From Moorellales bacterium (lineage in GTDB: Bacteria; Bacillota; DSM-521; Neomoorellales; SLTJ01): a stretch of 64,000 nucleotides of DNA. The stretch covers positions 1,887 through 65,886 of the forward strand of contig JBNARC010000001.1 of assembly GCA_049719955.1 (NCBI GenBank), in the 5' to 3' direction. Shown piece after piece: positions 1-8,844 of this stretch (its first letter is position 1; every line of letters begins with the position of its first letter). Below the pieces are notes generated by a model. The model had not been told where the DNA came from. It ran no database searches and worked only from the letters and a program-made list of their open reading frames with translations. A program made the position numbers and the translations under genes.

Positions 1-330
1 GGAGTCGGTGTAGGGGCAGCGGTCGCGGCGCCAGGAGAGGTCCCAGTTCTCGCCGCTCATATGACCGGTAAATAGGGTGGGCAAGAGCCTCAAGCGGTTG
101 CGCCGGGCTACTTCAGCCACCTTTTCGAACCGGTCCAGAGCCACTTCGTCTATCCGGTCCGGTGCGGGCTGAAAGTCCGACCAGCGTAGGAAAATACGGA
201 CCACGTTCAACCCCAGACCGCGAATGAGCGCAAAGTCCCGGGCTACCTCTTCCAGCCGAAACTCTTCCCACCAGTGTACTCCGCTTTCCGCCGGCCAATA
301 GTTCACTCCCAACCAAAAGTCTCCGGTCAC
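1..330 (-). CDS. Glycoside hydrolase family 5-like (cellulase/mannanase-type TIM barrel) protein, N-terminal part; the gene runs off the left edge of the window
   Basis: My own minus-strand translation from GTG at 330, with GGGAGGG just upstream, reads VTGDFWLGVNYWPAESGVHWWEEFRLEEVARDFALIRGLGLNVVRIFLRWSDFQPAPDRIDEVALDRFEKVAEVARRNRLRLLPTLFTGHMSGENWDLSW. This fits my recall of GH5-type hydrolase N-termini. The ORF is not in the supplied track because it is edge-truncated. Confidence 0.5.
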   Translation of the reverse strand, partial: MTGDFWLGVNYWPAESGVHWWEEFRLEEVARDFALIRGLGLNVVRIFLRWSDFQPAPDRIDEVALDRFEKVAEVARRNRLRLLPTLFTGHMSGENWDLSWRRDRCPYTDS

Positions 331-406
331 CGGTTTCCCTCCCTGCTACCTTTGTCCTCATCATATCATTACCGGCGGCGGCCGGTAAACGGGGTCGGCC
401 CCGCTC

Positions 407-552
407 TGAGTTATCCCCCCTCTCTTAAGTTGGCTGGCGGTACCGGGTGCTCCCCGTTCGTACTGTCACCTCGCCGACTATACTTGCGCTTGGGCCTTCG
501 CGCTACGGCGGGCTCCCCTGTACCGCCCGTGGGAAGGTGGCGATACGTCAGG
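407..552. repeat. Copy A (short, internally deleted) of an intergenic imperfect-palindrome repeat family
   Basis: It shares three elements with copies B and C: the arm CCCGTTCGTACTGTCACCTCGCCGAC, the GGCGGTACCGGG / GTACCGCC inverted segments, and the outer CTGAGTTAT...GATACGTCAG ends. The supplied ORF track shows the same spurious peptide (AGGTGCSP) across copies A and C. Confidence 0.7.
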
Positions 553-628
553 GCCCGCTTGGTTGGCTTTCGCCCGGTCGGCTGCTATAATTAGGTGAGA
601 CCGCTAGCCGGAGGAAAGGGGGGCCCTA

Positions 629-1183
629 ATGAACAAGGTAAAGAGCGCGTTGGAAATCGCCCTGGAGCGTAGCCGGCGGGTGTCCGAGAAGGCCGACACC
701 GCCCAGGAGTGGGAGGAGCAGCAGCACCGGGCGGTGGGGGAAAACCTGGCCCGCCGCTTCCTTAAGCAGGAGATCACCACCTGGGATCTGCGGTCCCACC
801 TGGCCAAGTACCAGGGTAAGGCCCGAGAGCAGATCGCCCGGGCGGCGGCTGTGGCCCTGGCCCGGGAGCTCCGGCTGGACAATTACGCCCGGTTGCTGGA
901 GGGGATTGCCGCTCTCAAGGAGGATGAAGCGGGGCTCCGGTGGGTGGAGGAAACCAAACGGGCTTGTGAGCAGTTCGAGGCGGAATCGGCGGCGGAGGAG
1001 AGCGAGGTTAACCGGCGTTGGGCCGAAAAGCAGCGGGAAGAGTTGGCGCGGTTGGGTATCAGCGGAACCGCCATTGTGGGTTTTAACCTGCGGTCGGCCG
1101 GTGAGTGGGAGAAGCGGCGTCAGGTGTGGGACCAGCGCCTGGCGGAGATCCGGCGGCGGCTGGTAGAGTTCCTGGAGAGCTGA
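629..1183 (+). CDS. Hypothetical protein, charged and probably coiled-coil
   Basis: The ORF has an ATG start preceded by GGAGGAAAGGGGGG and a protein-like composition. I recognise no family motif. Confidence 0.5.
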   Translation: MNKVKSALEIALERSRRVSEKADTAQEWEEQQHRAVGENLARRFLKQEITTWDLRSHLAKYQGKAREQIARAAAVALARELRLDNYARLLEGIAALKEDEAGLRWVEETKRACEQFEAESAAEESEVNRRWAEKQREELARLGISGTAIVGFNLRSAGEWEKRRQVWDQRLAEIRRRLVEFLES

Positions 1184-1185
1184 CC

Positions 1186-1737
1186 ATGGGGGGAAACAGC
1201 ATGGACCTGATGGCAGTGATCGCCCGTCGGCGGTCCATACGTCGTTTCCGGCCCGACCCGGTGGAGGCAGAAAAACTGGAGGCGGTACTGGAAGCGGCGC
1301 GCCTGGCTCCTTCTTGGAAAAACGGGCAGTGCTGGCGCTTTGTGGTGGTTGCCGACGAGAATACCCGGCGCGAGTTGGCCGAGGCCGTTCCCGCCCACAA
1401 TCCCGGTCGGGCTTCCTTATTGCAGGCTCCGGTGGCCGTAGTGGTGGGCGTGGATCCGGCCGAATCCGAGGAATGGGAAGGGCGCCCCTATCACTTCGTG
1501 GACGGAGCCATTGCTCTGGAGCACCTGGTGCTGGCGGCGGCTTCTCTGGGGCTGGGGACCTGTTGGCTGGGAATGATTAACGAGACTAAGGTGCGCTCCG
1601 TCTTGGGGATACCGCCGGAGATCCGGGTGCTGGCGATGACTCCCCTGGGATATCCGGACGAAGATCCCCGGCCCCGGCGCCGCAAATCGCGGGAAGAGAT
1701 CGTATACTACGACCGCTGGGGCGCAAGGCGGGTCTAG
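1186..1737 (+). CDS. Nitroreductase family protein
   Basis: Motifs RRSIRRF, APSWKNGQCWRFVVV and LGLGTCWLG are typical of the FMN nitroreductase fold. The start could be ATG 1186 or ATG 1201; both are in frame. The track start at 1105 overlaps the upstream gene. Confidence 0.8.
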   Translation: MGGNSMDLMAVIARRRSIRRFRPDPVEAEKLEAVLEAARLAPSWKNGQCWRFVVVADENTRRELAEAVPAHNPGRASLLQAPVAVVVGVDPAESEEWEGRPYHFVDGAIALEHLVLAAASLGLGTCWLGMINETKVRSVLGIPPEIRVLAMTPLGYPDEDPRPRRRKSREEIVYYDRWGARRV

Positions 1738-1792
1738 GTCTCGCTCGGCAAAACCGTCGCCGGCGGCAGGTGAGGGCGTGGGCCGGGAGAGG

Positions 1793-2731
1793 TTACGGCT
1801 CGGTGCTAGGCTCGGCAGGCTTTGACGGGGGTTGCCGAACGGAGTTGGCCACGGATAGGACTTGGTCCGGTTGTAGGTTGGATTCGATCTCCAGGAAGAG
1901 CTGATCCTGCTCCCAGCGCAGGCGTACTAGCTGTTCCTGTCGGCTCATTACCCCTACCGCCCGCTCCAGGGTTACGCTTTCCGCCGGCTCCAGTGTTCCT
2001 TCTAGCGGTCCGTTACTCACCCGGAGGTATAAGTAGTTTCTTTCGCCCCGGTAAACCAGGGTGGCCACCGTCTGCTGCTCCTGCGATTCTACCTTAAGAT
2101 CGGAAAAGACCAAACCCGCCGGGAGTTCGGTCGGCGAAGGCAGGGCAAAGGGAAGTTGGTCGCGCACTTCTTCCCGGGTGGGGGAAACCGAGGGCCGTGG
2201 CGGGGGCTGATGGTTGCGGGCCGAGGGCAGGCTGTGGGCCCGCAGGCGGTCCGCTTCCGCCGCGGCCGGTGCCGGTTCCTCGCCCTTAGCGTCCTCCGAG
2301 GCGGCCGTTTCCCCTGAACCAGCCAGCGTTTCGGCCGCCGCAGACGGTGGCGCGAGTTTTTCCTGCCGCGCCTCAGCTTGGGCCTCTTCCCTCTTGAAGG
2401 GGGTGGCCGATTCCGTGGCTTCCAAGGGCTCACGGTCGGCGAGTAGGGAAGGGGTGGAGCCATCGTTCGCCGCTGAGCCCGGGCCCAGGGCCACTTGAGG
2501 CGGCGCCACTCCCCTCCCGGCCCCCCAGGGACCCGTTAGCACTAGCGCCAGTACCGCCGCCGCCAGGCCGCAGGCCACCAACACCGGCAGGAAACGCCGC
2601 CGGGGCGGACGGGAGGATATCCGCGTCCTGATCCGGGCCCAAACCTCTTCCGCCGGGGGCAGGATCGCCTTCTCGGCTTCTTCTTGCAGAGCTTCTCTTA
2701 TCTGCCGGCCTAGGTCTTCCTCGTTCAGCAT
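1793..2731 (-). CDS. Putative membrane anti-sigma factor (single transmembrane segment, Pro/Ala-rich linker, C-terminal beta-rich domain)
   Basis: It lies immediately downstream of the ECF sigma gene and has one hydrophobic span (FLPVLVACGLAAAVLALVL). The RBS GGAGAGGAGG precedes the ATG. The assignment rests on position and topology only. Confidence 0.5.
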   Translation of the reverse strand: MLNEEDLGRQIREALQEEAEKAILPPAEEVWARIRTRISSRPPRRRFLPVLVACGLAAAVLALVLTGPWGAGRGVAPPQVALGPGSAANDGSTPSLLADREPLEATESATPFKREEAQAEARQEKLAPPSAAAETLAGSGETAASEDAKGEEPAPAAAEADRLRAHSLPSARNHQPPPRPSVSPTREEVRDQLPFALPSPTELPAGLVFSDLKVESQEQQTVATLVYRGERNYLYLRVSNGPLEGTLEPAESVTLERAVGVMSRQEQLVRLRWEQDQLFLEIESNLQPDQVLSVANSVRQPPSKPAEPSTEP

Positions 2732-2764
2732 GGCCGATTTCGTCCTCCTCTCCCAGCGAGGGCC

Positions 2765-3304
2765 TCACCGGTCGCCGGGGCCGCCGCCCAGGGCCAGTTG
2801 CAGGGCTCTTAGTCCTCGGTGCAGTCGGGATTTCACCGTCCCTAGCGGGCAGTCGAGGGCGGCGGCAATCTCCTTAAGATCCAGGTCGCAGTAAAAGCGC
2901 AACACTATTACTTGGCGGTACAACGGCTCCAGTTCCTCCAGTGCCCGGCGCAGCAAGGCGCGGGTTTCAGCCTGTTCTCCCGCCTCCGCCGGCAGGGGGA
3001 AGAGGCGGGGCTCGGCCGTGGGATCGGGCTGCGGCCGGCAGTTTCTTTCCTGGCGCAGCAGGTCCAACGCACACCGACCGGCTATTGCCCGAAGCCAGGA
3101 GGGGAACTTCTGCGGTTCTCTCAGGCTGGCCAGGCGGGTAAAGGCCTTAAAGAACGCCTCTTGCGTAGCCTCCTCCGCCAGCGGTGCCTGCCGGGTGATC
3201 AGGAAGGCTACCCGGTAAACCTCGGCGTAGAAGGTGGTGAAGAGGTATTGCTGGGCTTCCTGGTCCCCCTGCCGGGAGCGAGAAACCGCGTCTACGATAT
3301 CCAT
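2765..3304 (-). CDS. ECF-type RNA polymerase sigma-70 family factor
   Basis: It has a region-2-like segment (FYAEVYRVAFLITR...EEATQEAFFKAF) and a region-4 HTH (LDLKEIAAALDCPLGTVKSRLHRGLRAL). Confidence 0.85.
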   Translation of the reverse strand: MDIVDAVSRSRQGDQEAQQYLFTTFYAEVYRVAFLITRQAPLAEEATQEAFFKAFTRLASLREPQKFPSWLRAIAGRCALDLLRQERNCRPQPDPTAEPRLFPLPAEAGEQAETRALLRRALEELEPLYRQVIVLRFYCDLDLKEIAAALDCPLGTVKSRLHRGLRALQLALGGGPGDR

Positions 3305-3404
3305 GCCTTCGCAGCCCTTCCGAATAAAATGACGGCAGAAGGCGCCGTCTTGTTCCCCGTCCCTAAATTCGCCGAAAACGCACCGCCTTCCTGCCGGGTG
3401 CCGG

Positions 3405-3660
3405 ATTACTAGTACCGGGTTGGGAGGCGGTCCCGGGTTTCGCCTGAGTACATTGGCACCTCGCCGGGCACCGAACTTGGCGAGGGCAAGCCCGGAGGCG
3501 GGCGCCAGGCCTCAGGACGGCCGAAGCGGCGGGGCGCCAGGGACGGCGCCTAAGCCGCAAGCCCCCAGAGCACGACGCCCGAGCCCTAGTTCGGTCGGCG
3601 AGGTGACAGTACGAACGGGGAAACCCGGGACCGCCTGAGGGTAAACTGGTGGGACGCATC
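3405..3660. repeat. Copy B (full length, inverted relative to copy C) of the imperfect-palindrome repeat family
   Basis: GGCGGTCCCGGG...GCCTGAGTACATTGGCACCTCGCCGGGCACCGAAC on the left pairs with GTTCGGTCGGCGAGGTGACAGTACGAACGG...CCCGGGACCGCC on the right. It aligns to the reverse complement of copy C. The spurious peptide SSVGEVTVRTG appears in the ORF track for both B and C. Confidence 0.7.
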
Positions 3661-3756
3661 GGCCCGGCCGAGCCTTGACTCTCCCGGCGGTCGGAAGGCC
3701 AGGTGTCGTCCCTCTGGGAGTGGGCAGGACCCGGCTTCGGGACCCGGGTCGGCAGC

Positions 3757-4317
3757 CTAGGCGGGCGCCTTACGGTCGGTGCGGGCGGCCGGGCCTTCCG
3801 GCTCGGGTATCCTTACCGTAAGTCCCTGATCCCGGCTCTGGTGGGCCAGGCGCGCGGCGGCGGCGGCGGCGATGGCCGCTACCAGATCGTCGAGGAAGGT
3901 GTTGACCTGGCTTCCCTTTCGGCCGTTTACCTCGCCGATAATGCCGCTTTTTACCTTGTCCAGATAGCCGAAGTTGGTAAGGCCTATGGAGCCGTAAATG
4001 TTGACGATGCTAAGGGCCAGGATCTCGTCGATGCCGTAAAGGGCGTCGTCACTCCACAGCATGCTCGCCAGGGGTTCGCCCAGCCTTCCCTGCTCCGCCA
4101 ATTCGTCTAGAGCCAGGCCGGTAAAGATGGCGTTTTGAACCTCGCGCTTGTCCAGCACCCGTTTGACGCTGGCCAGGCAGTGTTCCGGGTCAAGATGGGG
4201 CAGGTAGGGTTTCTGCAACTCGTACACCAATTCGGCGATAGACTCTACGGTTACTCCCCGCCGGGCCAGCCAGTCCTCGGCCAGGTGACGCAGTTGGGTT
4301 TGACTCTCTGCCGCCAT
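3757..4317 (-). CDS. Phosphatidylglycerophosphatase A family protein (Bacillus YutG-like)
   Basis: It closely resembles my recall of YutG: GVTVESIAELVYELQKPY, KREVQNAIFTG, YGIDEILALSIVNIYGSIGLTNFGYLDK and FLDDLVAAIAAAAAARLAH. Confidence 0.7.
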   Translation of the reverse strand: MAAESQTQLRHLAEDWLARRGVTVESIAELVYELQKPYLPHLDPEHCLASVKRVLDKREVQNAIFTGLALDELAEQGRLGEPLASMLWSDDALYGIDEILALSIVNIYGSIGLTNFGYLDKVKSGIIGEVNGRKGSQVNTFLDDLVAAIAAAAAARLAHQSRDQGLTVRIPEPEGPAARTDRKAPA

Positions 4318-4439
4318 GGCGGCGCCTCCTTCGGTCCAAAATATGGGGCATTAGTTCCACGGTAGCCGCCGGACTCCTGCATAAAAAGTCCGATGCCGGA
4401 CAAATTAAGGAGCGAAGAACCTGGATAGGGAGGTATTTT

Positions 4440-5561
4440 ATGGCCCTGGAGATTACCCCGCGCCTGCCCTTGAGCGCCGAGGTCCCCTACTACGAGGCCA
4501 ACCGGGGCATTGAGCGCTTCCTGACTCCCGATCTTGAGGCGTTGGTCCAGATACCGCTGAACAAGGCCCTGTGCCCCACGGTAACCCGAATGCACCTGTT
4601 GAGCGCCGGCGCCCTGGAGGGCTGGCAACAGTCGGTCTTACACTTCTTTTCTCAAGAAACCGTAAGCGAAGAACTTCGGGAACTCATGGGGTGGCTGCGA
4701 CGCTCGGAGGACCAGCACCGCAGCATCATGCTTTCCTATCTGGACCCGGAAACCACTCCCTTAGAAACCGGGCTGGCCTTGGAGCAGACCGCGGTAGAGT
4801 GGCAGGCGCGCCTGGCCATGGAGGAGCCCGATCCTTATGTGCGTAGCGCCTTCGAGTATCTGGCCCTGGAGGACCTGGAACACCTGCGGTTGTTTGCCCA
4901 GGCCCTGGCAGAGATGGAAGGCAAGACCGCGGATCTAATTACCCAGAATCAGGCCTTCATCGAGCCCGGCCGACCGGTAGAACAGCAACACTTGGCGCCC
5001 ATTCACTGCCTTAAGCAGCCGTACGAGCGCCACGCCGTAGACCCCATTACCCGCTACCACCTGCACTTCCTCCTGGCCCTGGAAACGCTGAAGCTGGAAC
5101 AGTACCACCATTTCCTGGCCCGCTCGCGCAGCCGGGTACTCCGGCAACTCTTTGCCGGCCTGGCCCGGTTGGAGGAAGTGCACGCCAGTCTATTGGGGTC
5201 TTACTTCGATCCCGCCGAAACCGTACTGGAGCGGCTGGTGGCGCAGCAGTGGAGCGAGTGGTACGCCTACTGCCGCCTGGCGGCGGAAGAACCCGATCCC
5301 CGGGTGCGAGGCATGCTGGAAATGATCAGCCACGATGAGGAGGAGCATCTGCGCCTGTCCGCCCAGGCCCTGAGCCGCTACGAAGGGAAAGACCCCGGAC
5401 GCTTCACCCAGACCCGCTTCTTCCATCAGCGGGCCACCCGGCCCCCGGCCGATTTCCTGCGCGAACTCCGGCAGACGCAGATGGGCCGCCGTTCCGTGGG
5501 CAAGAATTGGCAACAGGACGGCCAGATCGTGATTACCCCTCAGATCCACGCCTATCACTAG
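4440..5561 (+). CDS. Ferritin-like (diiron-type) domain protein, internally duplicated
   Basis: There are two halves. The first carries EEPDPYVRSAFEYLALEDLEHLRLF and the second EEPDPRVRGMLEMISHDEEEHLRLS, giving ExxH-type motifs. The family assignment is tentative. Confidence 0.4.
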   Translation: MALEITPRLPLSAEVPYYEANRGIERFLTPDLEALVQIPLNKALCPTVTRMHLLSAGALEGWQQSVLHFFSQETVSEELRELMGWLRRSEDQHRSIMLSYLDPETTPLETGLALEQTAVEWQARLAMEEPDPYVRSAFEYLALEDLEHLRLFAQALAEMEGKTADLITQNQAFIEPGRPVEQQHLAPIHCLKQPYERHAVDPITRYHLHFLLALETLKLEQYHHFLARSRSRVLRQLFAGLARLEEVHASLLGSYFDPAETVLERLVAQQWSEWYAYCRLAAEEPDPRVRGMLEMISHDEEEHLRLSAQALSRYEGKDPGRFTQTRFFHQRATRPPADFLRELRQTQMGRRSVGKNWQQDGQIVITPQIHAYH

Positions 5562-5574
5562 GGTTAGGCTATTC

Positions 5575-5602
5575 GGGACCGCCACGAGCGGTCCTTTATC
5601 TT
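5575..5602 (+). terminator. Rho-independent terminator after the ferritin-like gene
   Basis: The hairpin GGGACCGC-CACGA-GCGGTCCT is followed by TTTATCTT and begins 14 nt after the stop codon. Confidence 0.55.
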
Positions 5603-5758
5603 GCGAGAAACATAGTACCTGGCGATAATAATGAGCTACTATGACCTAGATAACAAGTACCGCCCTTCCGGACGGCGTAGCCGCAGCAACCGCGTTTGAC
5701 GCGCGGTGCTATATTCTGGTATGGTTAGGCTGAAACACGGGGGGAGGCAGGTTAGCTT

Positions 5759-6823
5759 ATGCCCGAGACCCTAACCGGAGGGCCCGGCCGGCTTCAGGAA
5801 GAAGTACTGGCGCCGGGAGAATGCGTGGCCTGCGGCCTTTGCGCGGCTTTGTGCCCGTACATCAGTTACGCGGGCGACAGGGTAAGGGTGGTATACCCCT
5901 GCGGCCGCATGGAGGGCGCCTGCTACGCCGTGTGCCCCCGGGTGAGGCGTCAGCCGGGGGTACCGGACCGGTCGGTGGAACCAACAGCGGAGCGAAGCGA
6001 GGCCGAACTAGGTCCCTACCGGGCCCTATGGTGGGCTCGGGCCACGGAGACGGCCAGGGCCGCGGCCGCCCAGTACGGGGGCACGGTAACGGCGCTGTTG
6101 GCGCTGGCCCTGGCCCGGGGATGGGCGGGCGGCGCGGTGGTGGTAGGGTCGGACGGACACGGCCGGCCCCGGCCGAAGCTGGTGACCGAGCCCGAGGCGG
6201 TGCGGGCTTGCGCCGGCTCCCGGTATGTAGCCGTTCCTTCTCTGGCCGTCCTGGCCGAGGCCCGACGGCAGGGTATAGAGCGGGTGGCAGTAGTGGGCCG
6301 ACCCTGTCAGGTGCAGGCGCTAAGGCGCTGGCAGGGGCGGGCGCAAGACGCGGGCGAGCGGCACTGGCTACCGGAACCGGCGGTAACCGTCGGCCTCTTC
6401 TGCTTCTGGGCCTTGCGGGAGGAGTTCTTAGATTACCTGGAGGAGCGGGTTTCGGAGCCCATTGTAAAGGTGGATATCCCCCCGGAGGAAGTAGTGGTCT
6501 ATACCGCCACCGGGTCTACCCGCTTGCCGCTGGCGGCGGCCCGGCCTTTCATCCGGCCCGGATGCCATACTTGCGCCGATCCCACCGCCGAGGCGGCCGA
6601 CGTTTCCGTAGGCGCCACCGAGGTCGATCCTCGCTGGAACACGCTGATCGTGCGTACCGCCCAGGGGCAGGAACTGGTGCAGGCGGCGGTGGCGGAGGGT
6701 TGGCTGGAGCTTGTACCCTATCCGGGGGAGCGGTTGCCGGTCCTGCGGCAGGCCGTGGCCAACAAGAAACGGCGGGTGGCGGACCTTGAGGCTGGCGGCA
6801 GTTCGGTCCCGGCGACAAGGTGA
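5759..6823 (+). CDS. Coenzyme F420 hydrogenase/dehydrogenase beta subunit-like (FrhB/FdhB family) iron-sulfur flavoprotein
   Basis: It has an N-terminal CVACGLCAALCPY 4Fe-4S motif and an FrhB-like central and C-terminal region (VVGRPCQVQALR, GLFCFW). The RBS GGGGGGAGG is upstream. Confidence 0.6.
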   Translation: MPETLTGGPGRLQEEVLAPGECVACGLCAALCPYISYAGDRVRVVYPCGRMEGACYAVCPRVRRQPGVPDRSVEPTAERSEAELGPYRALWWARATETARAAAAQYGGTVTALLALALARGWAGGAVVVGSDGHGRPRPKLVTEPEAVRACAGSRYVAVPSLAVLAEARRQGIERVAVVGRPCQVQALRRWQGRAQDAGERHWLPEPAVTVGLFCFWALREEFLDYLEERVSEPIVKVDIPPEEVVVYTATGSTRLPLAAARPFIRPGCHTCADPTAEAADVSVGATEVDPRWNTLIVRTAQGQELVQAAVAEGWLELVPYPGERLPVLRQAVANKKRRVADLEAGGSSVPATR

Positions 6824-6903
6824 CGGAACCGACCGGTCGTCGTGTGAGGCGACAGGAGAAGCGTGATTATGGGTAGGGCGGATAGCGGGGGAAGAGCGGC
6901 GCT

Positions 6904-8829
6904 ATGAATACCATGCGGGTAGTGATGGACGCACCCGGAGAAGTGGCCCTGCTTACCGGTAACGAGGCGGTGGCCCGAGGAGCCCTGGAGGCGGGGGTGC
7001 AGTACGCCACCTCCTATCCCGGTTCGCCCACGGCGGAGATCCTGGAGTGCATTGCCGCCGGGGCGGAAAAATTCGGGCTGTACGCCGAATGGTCGGTCAA
7101 CGAGAAGGTAGCCATGGAGGGCGCTGCTGCGGCCTCGTTTGCCGGTCTGCGCTCCATCACCATCATGAAGTGCGACGGTCTGAACGTAGCCTTCGATTTC
7201 TTGACCAGCTTCAGCATGGCCGGCTGCCGGGGAGGCATGGTTATCGTAGTAGGGGATGATCCCAGTGCTCACTCCAGCGCTAAAGAGGAAGACTCGCGTT
7301 ACCTGGGACGTATAGCCCACGTTCCGGTACTCGAACCAGCGGATAGCGGCGAGGCCAAAGAAATGGTGAAGCACGCTTTTGAGCTCTCGGAAGCCCTACG
7401 GCAGCCGGTGATGCTGCGGCTGGTCACCCGCGTGTGCCACGGGAGCGGCAATGCCATTCTGGGGGAGTTGGCGCCGCCGGGTAGAAGGGCTTACTTCCCT
7501 CCGGAGGAGAAGTTCTTCACCTGGATCGAGTTTCACCAGGTGCAGGAGGAAAAGCTGGCCCGCGCGGCGGAGCTGGCCGAGGCTTCTCCTTTCAACCGTT
7601 ATTGGGGCCCGATTGGGGCGCGGCTTTTGATCATCTGCGGCGGCCCCAGTTTCTACTACGCTCGGGAGGCGGTGGAGAAGCTTGGCCTGACCGAGGAAGC
7701 CGGTATCCTCAAGCTCGGAACCCTGTGGCCGCTGCCGGAAAAATTGATCCTTTCTCATCTGCGGGCGGCGGAAAAGGTGGTCTTTATCGAAGAGGTGGAG
7801 CCCTTCCTGGAGGAAAACATTAAAGCCCTGGCCGCCCAGTACTGGGAAGAGGTAGGCCCGCTGGCCTTCTACGGCCAGAAGTCGGGTCACGTGGCCGGAG
7901 CCAACGGCGTTGGCCTGGGAGAAATGAATCCGGAGCAGGTGCTTCGGGCACTGGCGGCCATTACGGGTAAGAGAGCGGCGCCGGCGGCCGGCGGACCGGC
8001 AGAATGGCCGGAGCCGGTACCCCGGGAGTTGGCTTTTTGCCCGGGGTGCCCGCACCGCACCTCTTTCTGGGCGGTCAAGGTGGCCCTAGAGCTAGACGGT
8101 CGCCAGGGAGTGGTGCTGGGAGACATCGGCTGCTACACCCTGGGTAAAGGCCGCACCGGTTATTACCTGTTGCAGACCCTGCACGCTATGGGCTCGGGTG
8201 TGGGTCTGGCCTGCGGGCTGGGGCAGCTCGGCCGCTTCGGCTTCACCCAGCCGGTGGTGGCCCTGGTAGGGGACTCCACCTTCTATCACGCCGTGGTGCC
8301 CGCTCTCATTAACGGTCAGTATAACCGGGCGGAATTCTTATGCGTGGTCCTGGATAACGAGGCCACGGCCATGACCGGACACCAGCCTCATCCCGGTTTG
8401 GGGATAGGGGCTATGGGCCAGCCCGCCAACAAGGTGGAGCTGGAGGCCCTGGTGCGGGGGGTGGGCATACCGGTATGGGTGGCCGACCCCTACCGGGTGG
8501 AGGATACGGTGCGTATGCTGGTGGAACTCTTGCGTCGGCCGGGGCCTAAGGTACTGGTCTTGCGCCGGGCCTGCGCCCTGGTGGCGGCCAAGAAGCGGGG
8601 ACCGGTAAGGGTATGGGTAGATCCGGAGCGCTGCCGGGGAGACGCCTGCGGTTGCGCCCGGTTTTGCAGCCGGGTTTTCGCCTGCCCGGCAAATATTTGG
8701 GACGAAGAACTGGGTCGGGCCCGCATAGACGAGGCCATCTGCAACGGGTGCGGGGTGTGCGCTACCCTTTGCCCGGCCGGTGCCATCCGGGTGGAAGGCG
8801 AGCCCTTGATGGCCACCCGGTCGGTTTAG
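6904..8829 (+). CDS. iorA: Indolepyruvate:ferredoxin oxidoreductase alpha subunit
   Basis: GNEAVARGALEAGVQYATSYPGSPT is a TPP-enzyme N-terminus and GDSTFYH is the TPP-binding region. The C-terminus has two cysteine clusters (CRGDACGCARFC...CP and CNGCGVCATLCP). Confidence 0.85.
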   Translation: MNTMRVVMDAPGEVALLTGNEAVARGALEAGVQYATSYPGSPTAEILECIAAGAEKFGLYAEWSVNEKVAMEGAAAASFAGLRSITIMKCDGLNVAFDFLTSFSMAGCRGGMVIVVGDDPSAHSSAKEEDSRYLGRIAHVPVLEPADSGEAKEMVKHAFELSEALRQPVMLRLVTRVCHGSGNAILGELAPPGRRAYFPPEEKFFTWIEFHQVQEEKLARAAELAEASPFNRYWGPIGARLLIICGGPSFYYAREAVEKLGLTEEAGILKLGTLWPLPEKLILSHLRAAEKVVFIEEVEPFLEENIKALAAQYWEEVGPLAFYGQKSGHVAGANGVGLGEMNPEQVLRALAAITGKRAAPAAGGPAEWPEPVPRELAFCPGCPHRTSFWAVKVALELDGRQGVVLGDIGCYTLGKGRTGYYLLQTLHAMGSGVGLACGLGQLGRFGFTQPVVALVGDSTFYHAVVPALINGQYNRAEFLCVVLDNEATAMTGHQPHPGLGIGAMGQPANKVELEALVRGVGIPVWVADPYRVEDTVRMLVELLRRPGPKVLVLRRACALVAAKKRGPVRVWVDPERCRGDACGCARFCSRVFACPANIWDEELGRARIDEAICNGCGVCATLCPAGAIRVEGEPLMATRSV

Positions 8830-8844
8830 TTCCTGGTCGGAGGG

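Noticed and set aside
113-364. An 83-aa minus-strand ORF from the supplied track.
   Set aside because: A different minus-strand frame (1-330, GTG start with a strong RBS) gives a clean GH5-like N-terminus. The 83-aa product is Gly/Arg-rich and has no features.
5821-6789. A 322-aa alternative-frame ORF overlapping the FrhB-like gene.
   Set aside because: The product is extremely Gly/Arg/Pro/Ala-rich with no motifs. This is a typical open shadow frame in GC-rich DNA, and the overlapping frame carries real Fe-S and flavoprotein motifs.
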